Below, in pieces: positions 48,980 to 59,309 of a stretch of 64,000 bases of DNA. Position numbers and translations under genes: made by a program. Each line of letters starts with the position of its first letter. The stretch's first letter is position 1. The DNA is taken from the NCBI GenBank assembly GCA_016212665.1, contig JACREZ010000032.1, positions 65,566 to 129,565 of the forward strand. Direction: 5' to 3'. The notes beneath the pieces are model-generated. The model saw nothing but the letters and a program-made list of their open reading frames with translations. It was not told the origin of the DNA and ran no database searches. The stretch is from Ignavibacteriota bacterium (GTDB taxonomy: Bacteria > Bacteroidota > Ignavibacteria > UBA10030 > SZUA-254).

Positions 48980-49006
48980 TTAGCACTCTCTTGTTTAGAC
49001 TGCCAA
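48980..49006. promoter_or_regulatory. degenerate CIRCE-like inverted repeat upstream of groES
   Basis: TTAGCACTC-N9-GACTGCCAA against the consensus TTAGCACTC-N9-GAGTGCTAA. The left half is exact, the right half matches 7 of 9. Confidence 0.45.
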
Positions 49007-49247
49007 GAATATACGCGGAGAGTTGTTCTTAAACAAATGTGGAAAGTTAATTATTCTAGTCCATCTTACTAGGAGGTTATGAACCAATTCGTAACCTTGT
49101 TGTAAGAGTATTCTGTCATGGTGGGACCATGACAGCCGAGTATATACAAAAGCGTAATGTGCGACTTATCCATTTCCCTTAAGCCACTTCCTCCTGTTAA
49201 TATGTGTCTTTTTGCTGAGATTTGTTATTTTAGTCTTTCAGATTTGT

Positions 49248-49934
49248 TTAATTATTCCTCGATTGGTCGAAGAACTTTATCCCCCATTCAAAACCAACCT
49301 TCAAATCTTTCTGAAATTGTTCATACACGATGTCGTAATTAAAAGGCACTTGAAACTCAGCAAGCAATGCTTCGATTGCAGGTTTCGGATTGACTCCCGT
49401 TCCGTTGCAAAAATGTAAAAACAACACACTCCCCTCGCCAACTCGCCTATCTAATTGTCGTAATTGTTCCGGTGTAAATTGAAACTGGGCAACATTTTCC
49501 TGATCGGTTTCTGTAATGATTGTCTTATCGCTCGAAAGCATTGCCCCGACCACAGAAATAAATCGTTGCTCTGGAGTGCGGAGGAAATACATCGAAAACG
49601 GAACAGTCATTCCAAGGTTCCGTAGCCACGATTGAATATCAGGATTGCGTTGCCACTCCCCTTCTTTATATGGTTGTGTCAGTTCGGCATCTTTATGAAA
49701 TGTAAATTGACAATTCAGCATCAACGCTTCAAGCCATTCCCTCTTATGTTGTGAAAGCGCTATGAGCGATGACCATTTTGAGTTATCCAACGATATAATT
49801 ACTTCAGGAGTTATTCTCAATTCGACAACACTATTCTTCTGTTGAGTTATAACATCAAACGCCGGACGAAACCTTGTAAGATACTCTTGAAATCGTGGAT
49901 GAGTTGACGGAAAAATGTAGTTGATAGTTGACAT
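49248..49934 (-). CDS. hypothetical protein
   Basis: 228-aa ORF with a coherent reading frame and no recognised motif. Confidence 0.45.
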   Translation of the reverse strand: MSTINYIFPSTHPRFQEYLTRFRPAFDVITQQKNSVVELRITPEVIISLDNSKWSSLIALSQHKREWLEALMLNCQFTFHKDAELTQPYKEGEWQRNPDIQSWLRNLGMTVPFSMYFLRTPEQRFISVVGAMLSSDKTIITETDQENVAQFQFTPEQLRQLDRRVGEGSVLFLHFCNGTGVNPKPAIEALLAEFQVPFNYDIVYEQFQKDLKVGFEWGIKFFDQSRNN

Positions 49935-49987
49935 AGTTTTGATTGATGATTTACGATTGCAGATTTGTGATGTAGTGGGACTCTCTG

Positions 49988-50446
49988 TTATCGTCTTTCT
50001 CTTTCCAATAACGCTATCCGATAGAGTCTGTTCGACCAGTTACTGATAAAGGGAATAACAAACTTCATCTTACCGTTTTTCAAATAAATAACCTGTACGG
50101 GGATGTATGAACTATCGGAAAATGCTAAACCAAGTGATGAATTGTTGTAAGTCCAATTGAGCGGAACTACTTTGTCATCTATGTTGCCGTACAAATATTT
50201 TTCATTCTTTACAAAACCTGTCTGATCGAAATTGAGCCGTAACTCTCCGCTACTCTCAATTGTATCGTATTGGGTTGTCTTTATCCCTTCATTCACCAAC
50301 ACAATGTTTGTAATTTTCCAGTTTCCGATGATTGGTGAATCCGGCGATGGATTTTCGGTCAACGTTGGTTCATCTTCTGAGCAACCGGAGAGCAGAAGAA
50401 CAGCCAATGCGATGATACAAATTGTTTGTTTGAGTTTGATATTCAT
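49988..50446 (-). CDS. hypothetical lipoprotein
   Basis: Signal peptide with lipobox: MNIKLKQTICIIALAVLLLSGC. Confidence 0.55.
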   Translation of the reverse strand: MNIKLKQTICIIALAVLLLSGCSEDEPTLTENPSPDSPIIGNWKITNIVLVNEGIKTTQYDTIESSGELRLNFDQTGFVKNEKYLYGNIDDKVVPLNWTYNNSSLGLAFSDSSYIPVQVIYLKNGKMKFVIPFISNWSNRLYRIALLERERR

Positions 50447-50461
50447 AGTCGTGCCCTTGTG

Positions 50462-51001
50462 TTAAAAATGATAGTTGACATTCTGAACAGCTACAGTTGT
50501 TGCTTGCGGTTCATAGATATTAAGCAATAAATTTCCCGTCGGTCGTGAATACATCTGTTTATACAATACTCTCAGTGGAGATAAATTGAAACGCAGTGTA
50601 TCGGTAATGAATTGTCGGCAACGATCGTTTTGGGAATTATGGGACAATACAACTTCTGCTTGCGGCGGATTTGATTCAGCAAAATAATTTAATGCATATA
50701 ACTGGAACGTATGTTCTTTGCATCCACCGCTATAACCCACTCTCATGTAAATAGTATCAACAACTATCCATGCAGTATCTATGGATACGTCGTGTCTCAT
50801 AACATCAGAACTATATAAATCGTTAGTGATTTTTACAAGTGGAGTCTGCGTATCAATTGGAATAATCTGTACATCACTTGAATCTTCACAGTTTAAATTG
50901 AGAAGAAGAATAATAATGATAAAAATATTTAACCGTTTCATATTTTTTCCTTTGAGATAAAGTTTACAAGTATTCAAAATATCAATGTTACTAATGGTCA
51001 A
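50462..51001 (-). CDS. hypothetical secreted protein/lipoprotein
   Basis: Signal peptide MKRLNIFIIIILLLNLNC. Confidence 0.5.
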   Translation of the reverse strand: MTISNIDILNTCKLYLKGKNMKRLNIFIIIILLLNLNCEDSSDVQIIPIDTQTPLVKITNDLYSSDVMRHDVSIDTAWIVVDTIYMRVGYSGGCKEHTFQLYALNYFAESNPPQAEVVLSHNSQNDRCRQFITDTLRFNLSPLRVLYKQMYSRPTGNLLLNIYEPQATTVAVQNVNYHF

Positions 51002-51754
51002 TGGTGAACGGTGAATTATGAATTGTCAATTAACAATTCACCATTGACAATGAATATCAATCAGGCAAATACCATAAAACACAAAAACCTCCATCATCCC
51101 TTTTGCACCGGGACAATAGAGGTCTAACTCTAAATCTATATCCAACACGAGACCCCATTTTGTCTCAATGCCGGGTGATGGAAAACATCTGCGCATCGCC
51201 CAACCCGCTTTACGATGAATTGCTTCCGTACTTTCCCAATTCATCGCAAGCATTTTCAAAGAACAATAACTACGTCTTAAAAACCTATCATAATTTGCAA
51301 AATATTTTTCTCAATGTCAAGCATAAAATGGAAAAAGTTTACTGTTTACTGAGTCAAATCTCATATCCCACATCTCACATCCCAAATCATTTCACTCCAC
51401 AACCCCTTCCTCATCCCTCACCTCCCACATCCCCGAAACAATTATTAAAATATTTTCATCAGACTTTTACAGACTTTTGTTTAGTCCATTCAAGTAACTT
51501 TTAAGACCTGCTGACTATATCCAATTTCATTGAGTCGCTACACTTTTTTTGAGGCATTCAGTATCTCGATAGAAACAAGTGAGCCCTCTTTATCGAAATC
51601 TGCTATCACACCTGGACGTATTTCATCCGAATCATCAATTGTGTTGTCTAATAAAACAATGGAAAGGCTATGTTCCTATTGTTTAACTCTATCGAAAATT
51701 ATCATTTGCGACACACAATTGCCTAAATTACTTTAAATTCGAATATTTTTTCTC

Positions 51755-52060
51755 AGAATTCAGACATTTTTTCAGAAAATACGCGTATAAAATTATTTTA
51801 TTCGCGTATTTTCTGAATTTATGTCCAAAATAAATTATTTTCTTTCCATATTTTCTGAATTATTTCGGGTATAAATTCCTTTTTTTTAGGAATAAATTTA
51901 TTTTATTCCCAAGTTTTCTCCTTTTATTCCGGAAATAAATAATTTTTCTTCCGTGTTTTCCCATTTATTTCAGGCATAAATTCCTTTTTTTCAGGAATAA
52001 AATCCTTTTCTTTCAGAATATATTTATTTTATTATCTTGTTTTCAGTTCTTTTTTCAGAA
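51755..52060. repeat. AT-rich block dense in TTTCAGRAAT-type motifs (at least 10 copies in both orientations) with several perfect hairpins
   Basis: For example TTCAGAAAATACGCG-N17-CGCGTATTTTCTGAA is a 15-bp perfect stem. Other hairpins: GGAATAAA-TTTA-TTTATTCC, TTATTCCGGAAATAA, CAGTTCT-TTTTTC-AGAACT. Confidence 0.8.
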
Positions 52061-52123
52061 CTAGTCAGCCAACTGATAACTGTTAACTGAAAACATCTCA
52101 CCACTCATATCCCAAATCCCATA

Positions 52124-54229
52124 TCATTTCACCTCAACCACCACTTCCTCATCCTTCACCTCCCACGTTCCGGAAACAATTTCTTCTTTCCCGCGAACGA
52201 GAATCCATGAATGGTCGTAGGGCATCAACTCCGGTTCGGCTTTGTGACTGAGCGGCGCAATCCAACACATGATGCCGTTTACGATGTATGGATTTTCTAT
52301 TGCCTGAATAAACGTGAGCGAACTATCAAACGTCGCTTCATGGTTGATGACAATCGAATCGCCATTGAATTGATGTGGAAACTTTTGCATCTGTTCGGCG
52401 ACAACACTATTCTCGTTCGGTTTGCCGTAGAGAAACACTCTGTCGTTTTGCAAATCTGCAAGAGAAATTGCCGTGTCCGCTTTGATAGTGAACGACCAAC
52501 CGGCGATATCCATTTCCGTTGAATCATGCTGCGCGCGTTGCATCAGATATTCTGTATTACTCAACGTCCCGACAATCATCACTCCATCGGAAGGCTCGCG
52601 CAAATCTCCGAGACGGACGGGAAGTTTTCTGAACTTGAGCACATCGCCGTTCGGGTCGAGCCGTGCGAACGTTGGCTTTTCGTTCGTGAGCGTTTCAAAG
52701 CCGACATCGTTCTTGTAATTCCCCCCGCTATCTGCGCCAAGCCAGACACGAGTCTTCACTGTTTCAGATGGCGTTTCAATTCCAACATCAACAAAGGTCG
52801 TAAACTTATCATACCCGACGATTCGTACACGTCCTTTTGTCTGCCACTTGTTCTCTTTCTGTGTTGCCTTCGCGTTGTAGATTTTCATTCGGGGAATTCC
52901 TTTCCCCTTCACCCACTGTTCAAAAAACCAATCGAACTTTTTGCCCGATAATTCTTCAACAAGGTTTTGAAACTCTTCCATCGTCACAGTCTTTTCTGAA
53001 AATCGTTTCGCATACTGATGCAACATTTCAACAAATAATGAATCACCCAAAAGATTCCTCAGCATGTTATGGACGAACGATGCTTTGAGATAATGCGTCG
53101 GCATTGCGCGTAAATCCGCGCGTTGCTGAAGCGGAATATCCAATCCTTTGAGCGAGCGGGTGATAAGCGAACGAAGCAGAGGATGATTCACCAACGAATC
53201 GCGCACGGTCATCTTCCCGCACGACTCGCTGAAGAGCCGCGCTGAGTATTCACACATTCCCTCCGAAAGAAACGCGGCATCTTTATCTTCGATGAAGACG
53301 GTGATGGGCCACCACTGATGAGCAACTTCATGCGGCAAAATCATCGGATACTTGTTGAATTCGTCTTCCGTTTCAAACGCGAGTTTCTTTACAAGAATCA
53401 TTGAAGGAGTCGCGATTGCAAGCACCGCTTTTCCCGCGACCCAATTCTCCACTTCAACGATGGATAATTTGGGAAACCTGTACGGAGAGAAAATCCTGTT
53501 GTAATACTTCAGCACAGAGTCGGTCAGCGAAAGTATTCGTGCCGCATGTGCTGAATCTTCTTCAAACAAAAATGTGGAAATCGGAGCGACGCTTCCTTCC
53601 TTCTTTTCCTGTTTGAATTTTCCCGCGCAAATCCAACCGAGCATCGGAACAGGTTGATTCAATTCCCACACAAATACATTCACGCCACCGACAGAATCTT
53701 GACTCATTAACTTCCCCGGCGCAACCGCTTGCCAATCTGATGGAACTTCGATGGTGAATCGGGCATTCTTCACGTTGCGGTTACCGCGCGGAAGAATCTC
53801 CTCATCTCTCAACACTGCCCGCTCCGAACCGAGGTTTGAATATTCCGTCCGGAAATTCATCCGCGCTTCATAATCGAACACAACATCAAACACTGTGTCG
53901 GGAATATCTTCTACCTTGACTTCACCTTTCGTTCGTTCGTAATCAGCATCTTCACCGTTAAGCCATACTTCTTTCAGTTTGAAAAACGGTGCGAGACCGA
54001 ATTCAATACTCTCTGCTTTCCGGTTAAGAATTCTAACTGTGACAGTATCCGAACAAATTATTTCCTGAGAAGAAGGAAAGAGTTGAATACGAACCTTATG
54101 AGAAGTTATTTCAAAATCTTTCTTCTCAACTTCCTGAGCGAACGAAGTGAATAAAAACAGGAAAGAGGTTGCCAACAATTGTGACAACCTCTTGAGCAAT
54201 TCGAAATTCACTCTACGAGCCGTTGGCAA
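52124..54229 (-). CDS. M1-family zinc aminopeptidase (aminopeptidase N-like)
   Basis: HEVAHQWW followed 18 residues later by LSEGMCEY (HExxH-x18-E). N-terminal signal sequence. Confidence 0.8.
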   Translation of the reverse strand: MPTARRVNFELLKRLSQLLATSFLFLFTSFAQEVEKKDFEITSHKVRIQLFPSSQEIICSDTVTVRILNRKAESIEFGLAPFFKLKEVWLNGEDADYERTKGEVKVEDIPDTVFDVVFDYEARMNFRTEYSNLGSERAVLRDEEILPRGNRNVKNARFTIEVPSDWQAVAPGKLMSQDSVGGVNVFVWELNQPVPMLGWICAGKFKQEKKEGSVAPISTFLFEEDSAHAARILSLTDSVLKYYNRIFSPYRFPKLSIVEVENWVAGKAVLAIATPSMILVKKLAFETEDEFNKYPMILPHEVAHQWWPITVFIEDKDAAFLSEGMCEYSARLFSESCGKMTVRDSLVNHPLLRSLITRSLKGLDIPLQQRADLRAMPTHYLKASFVHNMLRNLLGDSLFVEMLHQYAKRFSEKTVTMEEFQNLVEELSGKKFDWFFEQWVKGKGIPRMKIYNAKATQKENKWQTKGRVRIVGYDKFTTFVDVGIETPSETVKTRVWLGADSGGNYKNDVGFETLTNEKPTFARLDPNGDVLKFRKLPVRLGDLREPSDGVMIVGTLSNTEYLMQRAQHDSTEMDIAGWSFTIKADTAISLADLQNDRVFLYGKPNENSVVAEQMQKFPHQFNGDSIVINHEATFDSSLTFIQAIENPYIVNGIMCWIAPLSHKAEPELMPYDHSWILVRGKEEIVSGTWEVKDEEVVVEVK

Positions 54230-54243
54230 TTCGAAATTCGAAA

Positions 54244-54777
54244 TTAAGCATTCATGATGGGCGGCTGAGTCATTGGCGGCGGCGGCATGTATTGATGTTT
54301 CGGTTTGAAAATACTGTAGCCGATCAATCCGCCAAGCAAACCGAACAACGGGTCAATTATTAATGAGATAAAGAGACTCATGAAAAATTGTCCGATGGAA
54401 GCAGATTCGCGAAACCCTTCTTCCATTCCTTCCCATGCTTCTTCCGGTATGTTTAAATCCATGTTCTGCAATGTTTGCATGATGAACTCGCCCATAATAT
54501 TTCCGAAAATGACGAGGAAAAATGTTCCAAGAACTGAACCGATGATTGCTCCGAACACACCGGAAAGAGCGCCGACCGCCATACAATCGCCGGAGGTAAA
54601 CGGTGCTGTGTCGGGAGTAAAATTATTTTTGTAAAACATCACGGCAAGCATCCCGCCAAGCATCACGCCGGCACAACAAATACAATTGATGATGCTGAGA
54701 AATGGTACTGCCGAAATAACTCCCATGATGATTCCACCATAGAGAGCGGGAATAGTTTTGTCAGGTTTGGGATTCAT
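54244..54777 (-). CDS. hypothetical polytopic membrane protein (DUF4199-like)
   Basis: Multi-TM protein. The ORF-track start at 54831 overlaps the upstream gene by 71 nt, so an internal Met (MNPKPDKT) start at 54777 is preferred. Confidence 0.45.
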   Translation of the reverse strand: MNPKPDKTIPALYGGIIMGVISAVPFLSIINCICCAGVMLGGMLAVMFYKNNFTPDTAPFTSGDCMAVGALSGVFGAIIGSVLGTFFLVIFGNIMGEFIMQTLQNMDLNIPEEAWEGMEEGFRESASIGQFFMSLFISLIIDPLFGLLGGLIGYSIFKPKHQYMPPPPMTQPPIMNA

Positions 54778-55255
54778 AGTAAGTTTTTTTGTTGTGAATA
54801 TATTTTGTTGAGAGTTCGACACATCCTTCAATGAAATACGGAGTCAGAATTATTCCGGTTGCAACTCCGAAGAGCGAGCCGGTGATACTTCTTGTCACGA
54901 GCGTACTATCATGCACGCCAAGCCAACTACCGACGACATCGAGCAACATCGGGAGAAGTGCAACTAAAAGCCATCGGGAATTCCATGAAAACTTTTTTGA
55001 GATGAGCGGAGAAAGCAAGACGCCAAAGAAAAATCCGAAATAAATTGTCGAGCATCGCGCACACACTGCCAATTTTTCTCCAAACAAGTGAAGCGAGTGT
55101 GAATCGTATTGGTGACAAATTCTTGAATAGATTTTGTACGATTGAGTTGCAAAGAGCGATGCATCAAATAACACCGCAAGCGGCGGCAAGAAAAGAAGCA
55201 AACACCAGACAAACGCTCCTCCGAGCAAAAAGTAATATGCAGTTGTATGCTTCAT
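54761..55255 (-). CDS. DUF2085-family membrane protein
   Basis: Conserved CHQ...CARC pattern in a 4-TM protein (ICHQYDSHSLHLFGEKLAVCARCSTIYFG). Confidence 0.5.
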   Translation of the reverse strand: MKHTTAYYFLLGGAFVWCLLLFLPPLAVLFDASLFATQSYKIYSRICHQYDSHSLHLFGEKLAVCARCSTIYFGFFFGVLLSPLISKKFSWNSRWLLVALLPMLLDVVGSWLGVHDSTLVTRSITGSLFGVATGIILTPYFIEGCVELSTKYIHNKKTYYESQT

Positions 55256-55491
55256 AAGTTCGGTGTGAAGTTAGGAGAAAATCCACTCATAAACAATTTT
55301 CATTACGGTTATTTGTTCGTGTTTGAGAATGATACTCAGAATGTCATTGGTCATTTGTCAATGGTCATTACTCAATATGTCGTGTGTACAAATGACAAAT
55401 GACTAATGACCAATTACAAATGACCAGAAGTTTTGAAACTTGCATCAAATCATGTTATATTCAGCCGCTTAAAATTCAGACCCGAACTTCC

Positions 55492-56391
55492 ATGTTTAAC
55501 ACGCTTGATATTTCCAAAAACTTCCTCGCTATCGAAGAAGAATATTCCTCATTTGATTCATCAAAAATTGTCGTCGTCCCCGCACCGTATGAGAAAACTG
55601 TCAGTTACGGCGGCGGAACCGTTGATGGTCCGGACGCAATTCTCGAAGCCTCTCATTTTGTAGAATTTTATGATGAAGAAACCCAACGTGAAGTGTTCAG
55701 GGAACTCGGCATTGCAACGCTTCAACCGCTTAACTTTGACGGAATGAGTGACGTCGAAGCGTTAGAAACTTTGTACCGAACAACGAAATCATTGATTGGA
55801 AAAGGAAAGTTTGTTGTAACGCTCGGAGGCGAACACACAATTTCACAAGCAACAATAGCGGCGTATGCCGAAGCCTATCCCGATTTATCCGTCCTGCAAA
55901 TTGATGCTCACTCAGACTTGCGAATGGAATATCAGGGAAATAAATTCAGTCACGCATCGGTGATGGCTCGTGTGTGCGAGTTTCTTGACCCGCGCCGGGT
56001 TGTTCAAGTCGGCATTCGCGCACAGTGTAAAGAAGAAGCGGAGTTCATCAAAGAAAAAGGTGTAACAACTCTTTACGCTCATGAAATCCGCGAGGGAAAA
56101 TACACCAAAGTTTTAAAGACGTGGGATGAATATGTTCTCGAACATCTTACCGACCATGTTTATGTTACGTTCGATGTTGACGGACTCGACCCTTCCATCA
56201 TGCCATCAACCGGAACACCGGAACCAAACGGTTTATTTTGGTGGGAGACAATGCAACTACTGAGAAAAATCGGCAAGAGAAAAACTGTCGTTGCATGTGA
56301 TGTAGTTGAACTTGCACCGGTGGAAGGTGTCCACCATCCCGACCTTACTACTGCCAAGTTGGTCTCGAAGATGATGAACTATTTCGCCTGA
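55492..56391 (+). CDS. speB: arginase/agmatinase-family ureohydrolase (agmatinase-like)
   Basis: Mn-binding motifs GGEHTIS, DAHSDLR and DVDGLDPS. The start is taken at the internal Met (55492). The ORF-track start at 55399 overlaps a large palindrome. Confidence 0.75.
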   Translation: MFNTLDISKNFLAIEEEYSSFDSSKIVVVPAPYEKTVSYGGGTVDGPDAILEASHFVEFYDEETQREVFRELGIATLQPLNFDGMSDVEALETLYRTTKSLIGKGKFVVTLGGEHTISQATIAAYAEAYPDLSVLQIDAHSDLRMEYQGNKFSHASVMARVCEFLDPRRVVQVGIRAQCKEEAEFIKEKGVTTLYAHEIREGKYTKVLKTWDEYVLEHLTDHVYVTFDVDGLDPSIMPSTGTPEPNGLFWWETMQLLRKIGKRKTVVACDVVELAPVEGVHHPDLTTAKLVSKMMNYFA

Positions 56392-56716
56392 TATGCAATA
56401 TGTGTTGCTGAGATATGAGATATGGGATTCTTGCCCGACTTCTAACAATGAACGTTTGGGTTTAAGAAATTGAGAATACATTACACTCGCACATCACATA
56501 TCACATATCTCACATCTCTTCTCAAAACATTCTCCCACGCACCCTGCACCCCGCTCCCCTGCATTCATAAAATGAGATGAAAATCCAACTACGAGAACGC
56601 GCGTAGATATTTTTTATTCCCGTCTGATTTTCTTAATTTTGCACCACAAAATTTACCGCGCCCTCGACTGATTTGTCAGGGCGTTTATTGTATCTGAAAA
56701 CAACGAAAGACCTCCC

Positions 56717-57886
56717 ATGACGAAATTTCAAGGCTTAGATTATTATCAAATGGATGACCTTCTTTCCGAAGAGGAAATCCTTGTCCGAAATACCATCCGC
56801 GAATTTGTTGATGATAACATCATTCCCATCATTGAGAAACACTATCGTGCCGGAACGTTCCCAGCCGAACTTGTCGGCAAGATGGCTGAACTTGGTTTGT
56901 TCGGCGCAACGCTTCCGGCAAAATATGGTTGCGCTGAAATGAACAATGTCGCTTACGGATTAGTGATGCAGGAACTCGAACGCGGCGATAGCGGCGTGCG
57001 AAGTTTCTGTTCGGTGCAAAGTGCTCTCGTGATGTACCCGATTTTCACCTTCGGGTCCGAAGCGCAAAAAGATTACTGGCTTCCGAAACTTGCGCGTGGA
57101 GAAAAAATCGGTTGCTTCGGTTTAACAGAGCCTGACTTCGGTTCCAACCCCGGCGGAATGATTACGCGCGCAGAAGACAAAGGCGACCACTATCTTCTCA
57201 ATGGTGCGAAGATGTGGATTACCAACGGAACAATTGCCGATGTAGCAGTCGTCTGGGCAAAACTTGATGGCGTTGTTCGAGGCTTCTTAGTTGAAAAAGG
57301 AACGCCCGGTTACACCGCTCCTGAAATGGTTGGCAAACATTCTCTCCGCGCATCCATCACGTCTGAATTAATTTTTCAGGATTGTAAAATCCCAAAAGAA
57401 AACATCTTCCCCGCAACCGATGGATTGAGAATGCCGTTGATGTGTCTCTCACAAGCGCGCTATGGAATTGCATGGGGAGCGATTGGCGCGGCAATGTCAT
57501 GTTATGATTCTTCTTTGAATTATGCTAAATCCCGAATTCAATTTGGAAAACCGATTGCCGGTTTCCAACTGATTCAGGATAAACTTGTTCACATGGTAAC
57601 GGAGATTACCAAAGCACAACTCCTCTGTCTCCAACTTGGTCGCTTGAAAGATAAAGGCAAAGCAAAATTCCAACACATCTCACTTGCAAAACGAAATAAC
57701 GTTTACCACGCACTTGAAATCGCCCGCATTGCACGTGAGATTCACGGCGCGAACGGAATCCTCGATGAATATCCAATCATGCGCCACAGTGCAAACCTCG
57801 AATCAGTAAAGACGTATGAAGGGACGCACGAGATGCACACGCTGATTGTTGGAGAGAATATTACCGGGTTAGCGGCATTTGAGTAA
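56717..57886 (+). CDS. gcdH: acyl-CoA dehydrogenase family protein (glutaryl-CoA dehydrogenase-like)
   Basis: 389 aa with the ACAD N/M/C domains: GCFGLTEPDFGSNPGGM...YEGTHEMHTLIVG. Confidence 0.75.
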   Translation: MTKFQGLDYYQMDDLLSEEEILVRNTIREFVDDNIIPIIEKHYRAGTFPAELVGKMAELGLFGATLPAKYGCAEMNNVAYGLVMQELERGDSGVRSFCSVQSALVMYPIFTFGSEAQKDYWLPKLARGEKIGCFGLTEPDFGSNPGGMITRAEDKGDHYLLNGAKMWITNGTIADVAVVWAKLDGVVRGFLVEKGTPGYTAPEMVGKHSLRASITSELIFQDCKIPKENIFPATDGLRMPLMCLSQARYGIAWGAIGAAMSCYDSSLNYAKSRIQFGKPIAGFQLIQDKLVHMVTEITKAQLLCLQLGRLKDKGKAKFQHISLAKRNNVYHALEIARIAREIHGANGILDEYPIMRHSANLESVKTYEGTHEMHTLIVGENITGLAAFE

Positions 57887-57930
57887 TTGGTTTAAAGTTT
57901 TTTGTTTTTAGAAATATTATAGGTTGAATC

Positions 57931-58227
57931 ATGCAAACAGCTACGTTAGAGACATTACAACAAAAAGCGATTCATGTGCTTGATGTTAGTCAGGAAGATT
58001 TCTTGAAAAACAGCATTCGTTCGTTGCTTCAAGAGAAATTGAGAAGCATTAACATTAAACGAATTGCTACATGTCGGAAGTATAATGTTTCTTCAATCTA
58101 AGAATTAGATGAACTTATTCGTGAAGGAAAAGTGAACGAACTATTGGTTGATGGAGACATTCAGCATGATGATTATTTAACATGGAAAGCAAATGAAATT
58201 CAGACTGTTTTATTTCAACGTGATTAG
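57931..58227 (+). pseudogene. small ORF interrupted by an in-frame TAA at 58099-58101 (56 + 41 codons in one frame)
   Basis: MQTATLETLQQKAIHVLDVSQEDFL...RKYNVSSI-TAA-ELDELIREGKVNELLVDGDIQHDDYLTWKANEIQTVLFQRD-TAG. The frame is continuous across the TAA. Confidence 0.35.
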
Positions 58228-58235
58228 TTTGTATA

Positions 58236-58850
58236 GTGTTATTGGAAAGACTACCATCTATGAAAACATCCAACAATAATTCTGAAAAAGGAAAAAATAA
58301 ATTTGATAGTAAGTCACTTATTATTTTATCAATTGCTTCATTATTTATTATTTTGTTAGTTTATCTTTATTTAAATAATGCAGATAAAGATAATTCTTGG
58401 TCAGAAGAAGAAAAAATTGCTTTAGCAAATTACATCGATTCATTATATCCAACGAATGATGTATCTGATTTGCCTCTTGAAAAAGAAAATTTTCTTTCTG
58501 AAAACCCATTTACAAAATTCAGTCTTTTAGCGGAAGGGGGTCGAACCATCCATGCTTCTGTTTTCAAAACGCATAAATACGGAAGTGGTAGATTATTAAT
58601 CATTTTTGCACCGTTCTTAAGTTATTCAGACGGCAATTTTTATATAGCTTCCCTTTCAGCCTTACACAATATTTATGGAAAACAAAGGGGTCTTTTTCTG
58701 CTGGAAGAAGCAAGAAAGAAATATGATGAGACAATACAATCAAAAGTAATCTATTGGAGTATTTCAAATCCAAATCAATCTTTTTACTCTTTCCCTATTG
58801 TAGACACTGACACCGAAACTATATCTTCAATCGTTGTCTGGACAGAATAA
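58236..58850 (+). CDS. hypothetical membrane-anchored protein (AT-rich insert)
   Basis: 204 aa with one N-terminal TM segment in a low-GC block. Confidence 0.45.
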   Translation: MLLERLPSMKTSNNNSEKGKNKFDSKSLIILSIASLFIILLVYLYLNNADKDNSWSEEEKIALANYIDSLYPTNDVSDLPLEKENFLSENPFTKFSLLAEGGRTIHASVFKTHKYGSGRLLIIFAPFLSYSDGNFYIASLSALHNIYGKQRGLFLLEEARKKYDETIQSKVIYWSISNPNQSFYSFPIVDTDTETISSIVVWTE

Positions 58851-58889
58851 TTTTTATGAACTCAATACCAATAAAACAAAGGAAAAATA

Positions 58890-59309
58890 ATGCAAGCATC
58901 AAAGATATCAGACATTAGATATTTATATGCAAATTATATTGACAACGATCTCACAGATAATATTATCCTTTTCTTAGATATTACCGATAAACATTATAGT
59001 AATAGAATTGAGATAAAAACACGAAGCGAAAAATCCGGAGAGCCACTTGGCTATTTTTCTCTTTTTATGAGTCCGACTGATAATACAGTAAGGTTTGCCG
59101 GTGGAATAGAAAATAAATTACCCGTGATAAGATTTACGTTTAGTAATCCATTTCTTAAATATGTACCGAACCAATTAAAAATTCCTTACAGAAAAAATAA
59201 ACCTACAAATTCTGATGACCAAAATTGGATGTATGTTATAATTTCAAAAGAATCAATACTAATGTTTCTTAGTTTAATGGTAATGCAACTTGAATTAGAT
59301 ATTAAATGA
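58890..59309 (+). CDS. hypothetical protein (AT-rich insert), stop overlapping guaB start
   Basis: 139 aa. ATGA overlap with guaB. Confidence 0.45.
   Translation: MQASKISDIRYLYANYIDNDLTDNIILFLDITDKHYSNRIEIKTRSEKSGEPLGYFSLFMSPTDNTVRFAGGIENKLPVIRFTFSNPFLKYVPNQLKIPYRKNKPTNSDDQNWMYVIISKESILMFLSLMVMQLELDIK

Noticed and set aside
51103-51504. 133-aa Pro/Ser/His-rich ORF in the 1-kb intergenic region.
   Set aside because: Low-complexity translation of the duplicated gene-end remnant and repeat DNA. No start-site context.
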